From Histomonas meleagridis 2922-C6/04-290x (lineage: Eukaryota > Protista > Parabasalia), in contig JAANOX010000134.1 of the NCBI GenBank assembly GCA_020184695.1, positions 194,477 to 258,476 on the forward strand: a stretch of 64,000 nt of DNA, read 5' to 3'. This document shows, one piece after another, positions 31,100-40,733 of this stretch. The position numbers and the translations under genes were made by a program. Positions within the stretch are counted from its first letter, which is position 1. Each line of letters opens with the position of its first letter. The notes under the pieces are model-generated. The model was given only the letters and a program-made list of their open reading frames with translations. It did no database searches and was not told the origin of the DNA.

Positions 31100-33148
31100 A
31101 TGTTGGGCGCAAAAGAAGAAAAAATTACAAACAATATAAATGAATTGGATACACTTCTTCTGATTGAACATGTTATCTTTGATTTGAGTAAAGAGAATAT
31201 AGAGCAATCTGTAAAATGTATAATTGACCAATTTGACGAAATTCATACTTCATCTTTTAATTTACTTCTTATTCAAATGATATATTTATGTCTTTCTATA
31301 AAAATGATTGATCCTGGTATTTATTTAAGTTTAATAAAACAAATAAAAAATTATCATATTTCTTTAAAGAAAGAAAAGAATACATCGATTTTATGGATGT
31401 TTATAATTTTTCTCCTTCGTGCCAATGATACACAAGAACCGCAATATCTTTTTTATTATATGATAGAAAATCACATAATTAAACCAATAATTACTCAAAA
31501 GAGAAGATTTAAATCTTTTCCAATTTTTGCACATTACAGATCAAAAGAAGAAAATGAAAAAATAAATTATGTTAAATTCATGAAACAAATCCATAACAAT
31601 TATGACGAACTATCAAAAAATGATTGGGCACTTCATAAGAAATATATTGAGGAAGGACATAATCCAAATGAAATAGCAAAAATAATTCGGCTTGATGAAA
31701 TCGAAAAACTTCAAGAAATATCATCACAAACAAATTTTAATTTCAATCAATATGTTATACCATCACTTTATGAAAAGTGTTCATTTATTAACAAAGAAAA
31801 TGTTTCATTAATTGATTATGCAGCATTTTTTTCTTCTGTTAAATGTTTTAAATATTTACTTATGAACAATGCAAACGTAAATAATACAGGCAAATATGCG
31901 ATTGCAGGTGGAAATGAAGAAATTATTCATTTATGTGAGCAAAATCATGCATCATTTGAAAATGCATATGAAACTGCTATTAAATTTCATAAAAATGAAA
32001 TTTTTCATTATCTTTATGATAGTAAAATTGCTGATAATAAAGATTTGGTTAAATTAGGAAAGTTCTGTATTTTATATCATAATTATGAAATTTTTACATT
32101 TTTACATAATGAAGGAATGGAAGTTAATGATAATATTATTAATGAATCAGCAAGAACTGGAAATTTATATTTAACAAGATATTTAAGTAAAAAATACCAA
32201 ATTCCAAAAAATATTTTAATTTTTTCAACAGAGTCAGGATATATAGAACTTTTTATGTATACTTTGGGGCAAAAAGGAATTGATATTAATGCTAAAGATA
32301 TATATTTGTTTCCTTTGAAATTTGATTTGATAATTTAATACTTGAAAACAATATTTGGAAATCATTTAAATTATATGAAACAGCACTTATTTATTCATCT
32401 TGGAATGGTTATACAGAAATAGTTAAATTACTTCTTGAACAAGAAGGAATTGATATTAATGCTAAAGATACTTATTTGTTATATTTAAAATTTATTTTAA
32501 TTATTTTGGAATATTGCAAAATAATATTTGGAAATTATTTTAATTATTTAATACAGCACTTATTTATGCATCTGGATATGGTCATACAGAAATCGTTAAA
32601 TTACTTCTTGAACAAGAAGGAATTGATATTAATGCTAAAGATAATTTTTATTTTAACAATTTGATATTTCAGAATAATATTTGGAAATTATTTATATTAT
32701 TTCGAACAGCACTTATGTATGCATCATCAAATGGTTACACTGAAATAGCCAAATTACTTCTTGAACAAAAAGGAATTGATATTAATGATAAAGATATTTA
32801 TTTGTTTTATTTAATATTTATTTTAATAATTTTATATTCCAAAATAATATTTGGAAATTATTTATATTATTTCGAACAGCACTTATGACTGCATCTTCAA
32901 AAGGTCATACAGAAATAGTTAAATTACTTCTTGAACAAAAAGGAATTGATATTAATTCTAAAGATAATTTTTATTTTAATAATTTGATATTTCAAAATAA
33001 TATTTAAAAATTATTTAAATTATTTGAAACAGCACTTATTTTGGCATCTTATTATGGTCGTACAGAAATAGTTAAATTACTTCTTGAACAAAAAGGAATT
33101 GATATCAATACTAAAGAAAAAGTTCATTTTGTTAATTTAATATTCTAA
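31100..33148 (+). CDS. DUF3447-type ankyrin-repeat gene; discontinuous, five inserts between C-terminal repeats
   Basis: Open 31100-32299, then ankyrin cores TAL...KD at 32380-32469, 32553-32642, 32706-32795, 32876-32965 and 33029-33118, separated by inserts. Confidence 0.8.
32300..33028 (+). other. Ankyrin-interrupting AT-rich inserts (5 copies)
   Basis: 32300-32379 (80 nt), 32470-32552 (83), 32643-32705 (63), 32796-32875 (80), 32966-33028 (63); shared AA(T/C)AATATTTGGAAATTATTT-like motif. Confidence 0.9.
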
Positions 33149-33570
33149 TAAATAATTTGGTAATTTCTCTAATGATCTATCATAAATCTCGAAATCAAAA
33201 ATATACCTGTATATTTTTTGTTTTGTTTGTTTGAGAATCGAATTAAATAGTGAAGAAGGATTCAAATGGATATTTACGAATTGTTAATTAAATATTATAA
33301 TTCACAATATAACAGTGAGTATTCATAAATTGGAAATGGAAATGTTTGCGTTTTTTGAAATACTCCGTGCAGCACATTAACTTTACTCTATTTAATCAAA
33401 AACTTAGCTCTCCCAAATATAATAAAAGGTTTTCGATCAAAATATTCACATATTATAATACCAAATCAAAAGTTTTATTTAAATTTAATTTTTAGATATG
33501 TAAATTTTCCAATATTTTATTAAAAATGCTGAATAACTTTTGAAAGTAAATATTGGTTTTTTGCGGCATT

Positions 33571-33725
33571 ACTATCATGTAAACACTTTCACTATCATAT
33601 AAACACTTTCACTATCATATAAACACTTTCACTATCATATAAACACTTTCACTATCATATAAACACTTTCACTATCATATAAACACTTTCACTATCATAT
33701 AAACACTTTCACTATCATGTAAACA
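33571..33725. repeat. 20-bp minisatellite ACTATCATATAAACACTTTC, 7.75 copies
   Basis: Perfect head-to-tail units. The first and last (partial) units read CATGT, the six inner ones CATAT. Confidence 0.97.
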
Positions 33726-33821
33726 TTTGTATGCATCGAAATAAATAGTGAAGCGGCGGATGTTAATGTTCGCAATATAAAAACAAACAAAAAAGAACGT
33801 TAAGCACAGAATCATTTAATT

Positions 33822-36269
33822 TTATTTCGATGTCACTTTCTGTGCGTCAGCGCCTGCCTTTGCGATGATTTCCTTCAGTTCGTCAATTGACGTCACCAAC
33901 TTCGTTGCCTTTCCTTGTACTTCCTCGGCCACTTTCTCTATTTTACCGTCGACTTTCGCCTGTGCGTCTTCAAGCTTCAGGTATCCCTCGGTCACTTTCT
34001 GCGCTATTTGTTCTCCGACTGTACTTCCTGTGAATATCTTTGTGACCAAGTCCAAGTCCCTGCAGAACTCGCTCGAGCCCTCCATGTCGATGAACTCCAT
34101 GAAACGCTTCTCTGATAACTCAATGATTGTTCCTACGTTACCCGACGCGTCTTTGTACACATCCATTCCATCGCTGACAGTTTTCACTAATGTCAATGAA
34201 GCGCTTTTCGCCTTATCCATAGCCTCGTCGATTTCCTTATAGAGCGTAGTGTTTAGTCCTAAGAGAACAAGTTTCGCAAGTGTAATCTCTGCTGCTGACT
34301 GAAGCTCTTGTGGAATAGTCTTGCGTAATGTTTCGACTTGTTTAACAATTTCTTCGCCTTGTTTCACTACGTCGTACTTGCGTAAGTCAATTCCAAGTTC
34401 CGCGAGATCATTAAGTGCTTCGGTAACTTTACCTTTACGTAATGACTCAATTGATGTCTTACCTTGTTGAATGATATCTTTACCTTGTTTGTATAATGCG
34501 TCTCCTTGTTTATATAATGTTTCTCCTTTCTTGTATAACTCAAGCGCGTTTTGTATCGCTTGATTCTTCTCAATGTCAATTCCAATCTTCTTAAGTTCTG
34601 TCGAAGCTTCATCGATTTTACCTTTCTTCGCATATTCATATGCTGTTTTACCGATTTCAACTTTCGATTCGATTTCTTTATAATATGTAAGTCCTGTTTG
34701 TACTGCTTTACTTGAAGTTACATCAATTCCTGCCTTTTGTAAGTATGTAATAGTTTGTTTAACATCGCCTTTCTTTGCATAATCATAAGCAGTCTTTGCG
34801 TTTTGTAATTTTGCAGTTACTTCGTTATAATATGTTAAGCATTGGTTGACTTTTTGGTTCTTTGTTACATCCAAACCTGCTTGTTGAAGTAATGATACTG
34901 CACTATTAACTTTACCTTTCTTAATTGCTTCGTAAGCAGCTTTACCTAATTGAAGCTTCTCCTTTCCTTGTTTGTATAATGTCTCGCCTTGATAATATAA
35001 GTTCGAAGCTTTATCAAATAATTGTTCAGCTTTTGTGTACAATGAATTCTTACGAATGTCTAAGCCTAACTCTGCAAGGCCATCAATAGCTTTACCGAAG
35101 TGTCCTGTCTTGATTGCTTCTGTAACTTGTTTACCTTTCTTATACATATCATAACCTCGTTGATAATATTCTAAACCTTGTTGAAGGATTTCGCTCTTTG
35201 CGATTAATTGTTTGGCTGCGTCAACAGAGATAATCGATGTAACACCACTGATGATTTGTGTGTAATCGCCATTCTTAATTCCTTTATAGATCATTTCGCC
35301 TTGTTGATAAAGTTGTTGTGCTTCATATACTTTATCTGCAACAGCGCCAATTGGACCTCCAAAGTTACCTACAGCTTGTGCAATGCCGCCAAGTGTTGAC
35401 ATGAAATCTCCTTGCTTAACGCCTTGGTAAATAGACATTCCGGCTTGGTATAATGCGTATGCTTTGTATGCGGTTGACATTGTGGCAGCAATGGATGCGG
35501 CAAGTCCAATTTGTCCGACAACTGGGACCCAGCATGTGACAAAGCCAACATATGGTGCGACAGATTTGATGGTCTTAAATGCCGTTTTGACTTCAGCTTT
35601 GACGTCCCTGATCACGGGCTTGTACGCTTTGGCTGCAGCCTTGAGATCTTTGGTGACTTTCTTGCTGACATCTTTGATGATTTGTCCAGCTTTGCCTGGA
35701 TTGGCGGCAATCTTGACTGAGGCTTGGGTGATCCTGGTGGCGACTTTGACTGCTGCAGTGGTGGCTTTGACAGTGGCTTTGGCTGTATCTTTAACTGTCT
35801 TGACTGTTTGCTTTACTGCTTTGGTAACCTTACTTTTTGCTTTCTTTGCTATTTTGGATACTTTTCTGGCGAGTTTTTTAGGTCTTGTAACTGTTTTGAC
35901 AGCTGATTTTGCTGTTTGAGTGACTTTTTTCGCAGTTGATGAAGCAGTTTTGGTGACTGTTTTAGCAGCTTTGGATACAGTCTTTGTTGCTTTCTTAACT
36001 ATCTTTTTTAATCCAAAATTACTTTCTGGTTCTTGAAAATCATCATTTATTTCATAATAATATTCGTACACTTCTTCATCGTCATCATCTTCGTCATCAT
36101 TTTCTTCTGGTTCAAGATATTGAACTTCTTTATATACAATTTCATCATAATCATGTTCACGCATTTTACGTAAGAGGCTCTTGAGCGCGCCATGACTAAA
36201 TTCATATATTTGGGGTCGTTGTCTACAATATCCAAACACATTAAAGAGACAAAATGCGGACAAAAACAT
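33822..36269 (-). CDS. Secreted 815-aa protein with acidic segment, K/T/V/A-rich amphipathic segment, hydrophobic hairpin and helical repeats
   Basis: ATG ORF with N-terminal hydrophobic leader; repeats of the form KKGK..EA...L...GIDI.KN..V..G...Y. Confidence 0.85.
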   Translation of the reverse strand: MFLSAFCLFNVFGYCRQRPQIYEFSHGALKSLLRKMREHDYDEIVYKEVQYLEPEENDDEDDDDEEVYEYYYEINDDFQEPESNFGLKKIVKKATKTVSKAAKTVTKTASSTAKKVTQTAKSAVKTVTRPKKLARKVSKIAKKAKSKVTKAVKQTVKTVKDTAKATVKATTAAVKVATRITQASVKIAANPGKAGQIIKDVSKKVTKDLKAAAKAYKPVIRDVKAEVKTAFKTIKSVAPYVGFVTCWVPVVGQIGLAASIAATMSTAYKAYALYQAGMSIYQGVKQGDFMSTLGGIAQAVGNFGGPIGAVADKVYEAQQLYQQGEMIYKGIKNGDYTQIISGVTSIISVDAAKQLIAKSEILQQGLEYYQRGYDMYKKGKQVTEAIKTGHFGKAIDGLAELGLDIRKNSLYTKAEQLFDKASNLYYQGETLYKQGKEKLQLGKAAYEAIKKGKVNSAVSLLQQAGLDVTKNQKVNQCLTYYNEVTAKLQNAKTAYDYAKKGDVKQTITYLQKAGIDVTSSKAVQTGLTYYKEIESKVEIGKTAYEYAKKGKIDEASTELKKIGIDIEKNQAIQNALELYKKGETLYKQGDALYKQGKDIIQQGKTSIESLRKGKVTEALNDLAELGIDLRKYDVVKQGEEIVKQVETLRKTIPQELQSAAEITLAKLVLLGLNTTLYKEIDEAMDKAKSASLTLVKTVSDGMDVYKDASGNVGTIIELSEKRFMEFIDMEGSSEFCRDLDLVTKIFTGSTVGEQIAQKVTEGYLKLEDAQAKVDGKIEKVAEEVQGKATKLVTSIDELKEIIAKAGADAQKVTSK

Positions 36270-36653
36270 TATTTATTGACATATGTCAACAGTTTGTTTC
36301 AAAAACAAAATGCAACAACAAAACCGTCCGGTCTTCGACACAGAATTTTTGAACGATTTACGCATTCAATAATCAACATGTGGATAAAAAGATGACTAAC
36401 CTCCAAAAATACGCTCGCGATCGTATTAAGTGAGGCAGAAATAAAATTTCTCTCTTTTCTAAAAGGATAATGCAAATGGCATTGGGTTGCCAAGTAAAAT
36501 CCTGGTTTAAAGATAACATTAACTACTTAATGATGCTTGTATTATCAATTTCATAATATTTCATTTAATATTTATATTTCTAGATTTATTTTAAGAACAA
36601 ACAAAAACAAAAACATGAATATACATGAATATACATTAATAACATACGCTTAA

Positions 36654-37253
36654 CTAACAGCATTTATTTGTATCATTATCTTGCGTTTCTTCTGTTTCTA
36701 AAACCGTTAATCCTTTCCTACCTCTTGTAGGTGCTCTAGTGTTTGTAGTTGGTGTGCTTACTAAAGTTTCAGTTAAGTATCTGAAAAGCATATCAATGCC
36801 TTCGCCTGTTTTTGCAGAAACTTCAAAGTGATTGCATCCGATTGAACGCGCATATTCAATGCCTTTTTGGGATGGAATAACACGTTGATTAGCCATATCA
36901 ATTTTGTTTGCTACAACAACGATTTTAACATCATCACCACGGTTTTGCTTTAGTTCTTTGTGCCATTGAACCATTCTGTCAAATGACCTTTGATCAATAA
37001 CAGAATAAACTAAAAGTGCAGCTTGAGCTTCTTTATAGTAAATTGGTGCAATAGCATGATATTCTTCCTGGCCTGCAGTATCCCATAAATGAAGCTCAAT
37101 CATTCCTTTTGATGTTTCTACCTTTTTGGAATATAATCCTGCTTGAACAGTAGATTTACGATGTGGGTCAAATTCACCTCTACTCCACTTCAATCCAATT
37201 GAGGTTTTACCAACACGGCCTTCGCCAAGGAAAACAGCTTTATAGGAGTTCAT
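36654..37253 (-). CDS. RAB21: Rab GTPase, Rab21-like
   Basis: K.V.LGEGRVGKTS, STVQA, WDTAGQE.YHAIAPIYY, NKID, SAK and C-terminal CC. Confidence 0.85.
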   Translation of the reverse strand: MNSYKAVFLGEGRVGKTSIGLKWSRGEFDPHRKSTVQAGLYSKKVETSKGMIELHLWDTAGQEEYHAIAPIYYKEAQAALLVYSVIDQRSFDRMVQWHKELKQNRGDDVKIVVVANKIDMANQRVIPSQKGIEYARSIGCNHFEVSAKTGEGIDMLFRYLTETLVSTPTTNTRAPTRGRKGLTVLETEETQDNDTNKCC

Positions 37254-37645
37254 TTGTTTTTGAAAATTTGGCACACAGCACTTTTCCCCAGCCAATCATT
37301 AACAACCGATAGGCCAATTTCCGGTTAAAAACCGTTATATAAAAATTAACTTTCATCAATTTCTTTACTTAAATATTCTTTTCATTATCTATGTATTTTA
37401 ACATGTAATTACATGGGTGTTGGTTATAGCTATATCTTAATTAAACAAAATATTGATTTTTCTTTGTATGAATTATTCATTTTTTATGAGATTTTTTAGT
37501 ATTTACTTCGTTTATGTTTGAATGGATTAGAGGCAACCGACCTATTCAAATTTGATTTGGAATAAACGGATACATTAGAATTTGTTTGAAAATTCAAAAT
37601 TTTGTTCTCAAAAATCTGACCCAAAAATGTTTCGTTATTCCATAA

Positions 37646-38044
37646 ATGTTTAGAGTGCCAACAAATTCATTACCTCGTGTTAAACAAGAATTGCTCAGAG
37701 AAAGCAGAACTCAACCAAAAATGTACATTTATATCGAAAATTATCATTATGATTATGATATACATGCAATCATTTATGAAGTTCAAACTGGAATTCAAAA
37801 TGATAATGATGTAATTATTTCAACCACTAATGTAAGATATTCTCAACTTGAAAAAATGGATAATATTTTAAGACAAACAAAAGACTTAAAAATAATTCCA
37901 AAATTTCCTCCTAAAAAATGGTTTGGAAATACAAACCCGACATTTCTCCAAAAGCGAAAAAATGACCTACAAAATTATCTGAAATTGCTCACACAAAATC
38001 ACAATATCCAAGAGACAAAAGAATTTTGTGAAGTATTCCATTAA
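37646..38044 (+). CDS. PX-domain protein
   Basis: Y.V......RYSQL..., PKFPPKKWFG.T.P.FL..RK..LQ.YL. Confidence 0.85.
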   Translation: MFRVPTNSLPRVKQELLRESRTQPKMYIYIENYHYDYDIHAIIYEVQTGIQNDNDVIISTTNVRYSQLEKMDNILRQTKDLKIIPKFPPKKWFGNTNPTFLQKRKNDLQNYLKLLTQNHNIQETKEFCEVFH

Positions 38045-38553
38045 ATTTCCGCGGATTTGTAAACTATTTATTTTCGAAGGTTTTTTTTCTGATTTTAAAC
38101 GTGCGACATATTACCGGTAATAAGGGTACCCCGAAAATAAAACACACAAAAAATTAAATTTTTTTAACCACACAACCAACGGTTTGTGGTCTGACAAAAT
38201 TATTTCTGTGAGGAAGTCCAGTTCCTTTGTATTTTGAATTAAAAGTCATTTTGAAAAATTTTTAAAATTTTTAGGATGTTTTTCCAATGTTCTCTTGATT
38301 TTCAAATTATTTGTTTAAACATAAAATAAAATAGTTTTTTGATGCTGATTTATTTCATGGTATTCGGAATGATTCATTTCAAATGAAGAAGAAATTTGTG
38401 GATTATTTTTTTATGAGAACGATCATATCTATAAATTGAATTTTTTCATAAATTTATTTTCCTATTTTATTCAAAAAGTGGATGATGTGATGGGTGCAAT
38501 CGTTGTTTAAAAGTATGACTTTTTGAAACGAAAAAAGTTTACATTTTAGTGAG

Positions 38554-40518
38554 ATGGGAAGCGCCCAATCTGCTACAACAGTTTCTGTAATTGCCGATGG
38601 CGAAGAACCTGGACCATTTGCAACACGTCGTTGCCCTGGATATAGTTCTGGGCCCTACATGTTGCCACCAGAATATCAAACAATGCAAGATATTATCTTA
38701 CATTCATATAAAGAATTCCCTGACCATCCATATTTAGGACGCCGTGAAAAAGGCCCAGATGGAACACTCAATAAATTTTACACATTCAAAACTTATAAAG
38801 AATGTGAAACAATTGCTTACAATTTTGGTTCTGGCTTGATAGCTGGGCCAGGAATTCAACCACAAGGCTTTGTTGGTATTTATGCAGAAAACCGAACTGA
38901 ATGGGTTAACATGATTGATGTTTCCTGCTTATACGGTCATGTTATCGTTTCTCTTTATGATACCCTTAGCAAGGATGTCATTGGTACACTTATCAAGCAT
39001 TCTAAAATGACATGTCTTATTGTTTCTGCCTCTAAATCTCCAAAGTTACTTGACATTCTTCAAAATGATAAGCACGAGCTAAAGACAATTATCTTTCTTC
39101 CAGATGATGGCGTCCCATATGACGACATCCAATCTCAGTATGAATCACTCCAACTTAACTTTTACACATTTGATCAAATCTGTGAAATAGGTTCACAAAA
39201 TCGTCAACCACTTCCAAAAGTCGAGCCAGAATGGATCCATTATGTCTGTTATTCATCTGGTACCACTGGTGTACCTAAAGGTGTTATCATATCACATCGT
39301 TCACAAGCATCCAATACACTTGATTGTTATCTTTCATTACATTTCCAAGATGTTGAAACACACCATCTTTCATATTTACCATTACCACATGTATTTGAAC
39401 GTATTGGAATTAGTATCACATCATTTGTTGGAGGACGTATTGGATTTTTCAGCGGCTCAATTGCAAGGCTTGTTGAAGATATGCAAATCCTTAAGCCAAC
39501 ACATCTTTCAGCTGTTCCACGTGTTATAAACCGTATTTATGACTCAGTTCAACAACAACTTCAATCATCAGTTGTCAAAAAGACACTTTTCTATGGTTTA
39601 TTCTACTGGAAGCGGTTTTGGCTCCAGCGCGGTTACACCACCCCGTTGGCCGACCGTTTAGTTTTCAACAACATTAACAAAACCGTTGGTGGAGAAATTC
39701 GCCAATTCATTGTTGGTGGCGCAGCTATGGATCCATGGATCCATGAGTTCATGCAATTTGCCACAGGTATTCCAATGAGAGTTGGTTATGGCTTAACCGA
39801 GATTGGATCAGGAAATATCTGTAACCCAATGGATGTCAGATATTCCAAACCAGGAACAGTTGGAGGACCATTACCTAATAGTGAAGTTAGGTTAGACCCC
39901 ATTGAAGATTATGACGATCCAACATGTGGCGAAATTCTTATGGGCGGCCAAGCAAACTGCAGTGGTTATTTATATGACGAAGAAGCCACAGCTAGGCTCT
40001 TCGCTGATCCTGAGAAGCATTGGATCCACACAGGTGATGTTGCCAAATGGGATGAGGATGGATATCTCGTACTTGTTGATAGGATGCGCTCAATCTTCAA
40101 ATTAGCCCAAGGGGAATACATTGCCGCGGAATTATTGTCATCTATGTTCGAAGGCGCGCAAATTGTATCGCAAATATTCATCTATGGCGACTCAAGTAGA
40201 TCATCATTAGTGGCCATTGTCGTGCCAGATAAGCAACAAGTAGCCAAATTCTTAGGTTTAGAGAGTATTAGTGACCAACAATATGTTAATGCATGTAATA
40301 GCAATGAGTTGAAAAATGAGGTTTTGAGGCAATTGGATGTGATAGCTGTGACTAAGAACTTGCCTGGATATGAGAAAATTAGAGCTGTGGACTGTGTACC
40401 TGACGAGTGGACCATTGCAAATGATTTGTTGACACCAACATTTAAGTTAAAGAGGAAGAAACTCGCCGAGAAGTATAAGGATAAAATTGAGGAACTTTAT
40501 AACTCAATTAATCACTAA
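38554..40518 (+). CDS. Long-chain acyl-CoA synthetase
   Basis: YSSGTTGVPKG, HLSYLPL.HVFER, GYGLTE, HTGD, DR....FKLAQGEYIA.E, LLTPTFKLKR; MGS.QS N-myristoylation-type start. Confidence 0.95.
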   Translation: MGSAQSATTVSVIADGEEPGPFATRRCPGYSSGPYMLPPEYQTMQDIILHSYKEFPDHPYLGRREKGPDGTLNKFYTFKTYKECETIAYNFGSGLIAGPGIQPQGFVGIYAENRTEWVNMIDVSCLYGHVIVSLYDTLSKDVIGTLIKHSKMTCLIVSASKSPKLLDILQNDKHELKTIIFLPDDGVPYDDIQSQYESLQLNFYTFDQICEIGSQNRQPLPKVEPEWIHYVCYSSGTTGVPKGVIISHRSQASNTLDCYLSLHFQDVETHHLSYLPLPHVFERIGISITSFVGGRIGFFSGSIARLVEDMQILKPTHLSAVPRVINRIYDSVQQQLQSSVVKKTLFYGLFYWKRFWLQRGYTTPLADRLVFNNINKTVGGEIRQFIVGGAAMDPWIHEFMQFATGIPMRVGYGLTEIGSGNICNPMDVRYSKPGTVGGPLPNSEVRLDPIEDYDDPTCGEILMGGQANCSGYLYDEEATARLFADPEKHWIHTGDVAKWDEDGYLVLVDRMRSIFKLAQGEYIAAELLSSMFEGAQIVSQIFIYGDSSRSSLVAIVVPDKQQVAKFLGLESISDQQYVNACNSNELKNEVLRQLDVIAVTKNLPGYEKIRAVDCVPDEWTIANDLLTPTFKLKRKKLAEKYKDKIEELYNSINH

Positions 40519-40733
40519 AAAAAATTTAAGAATTAAATTTTATGTTTTATTTTATTAATTGAAATTTGAAGTAATTTTTATTTAAAGAATAAAATTATCC
40601 GAAACTTTAGTGATTTCAATTGTTTAAATATTTTTATTGACTTAAAGCTATATCATAATGAAAAGACTTTAGAATATTATAAACATAAAGCTCTAAAATT
40701 TAGTGAATGAATTTTCTTTTTATTGATTTAAAA

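Noticed and set aside
32804-32879. Canonical GT...ACAG splicing of the inserts
   Set aside because: It leaves 8+2 nt at the junction, a frameshift with an early stop, and six inserts lack the GT at that position.
32300-33118. Repeat-spacer periodicity resembling a CRISPR array
   Set aside because: The repeats are ankyrin-coding, the spacers are related to each other, the context is eukaryotic and there are no cas genes.
33571-33725. Minisatellite as CRISPR or telomeric repeat
   Set aside because: Units are contiguous with no spacers and bear no resemblance to TTAGGG-type repeats.
33865-35919. Antisense ORFs 33865-34242 and 35464-35919
   Set aside because: Shadows of the 815-aa gene caused by its biased codon usage.
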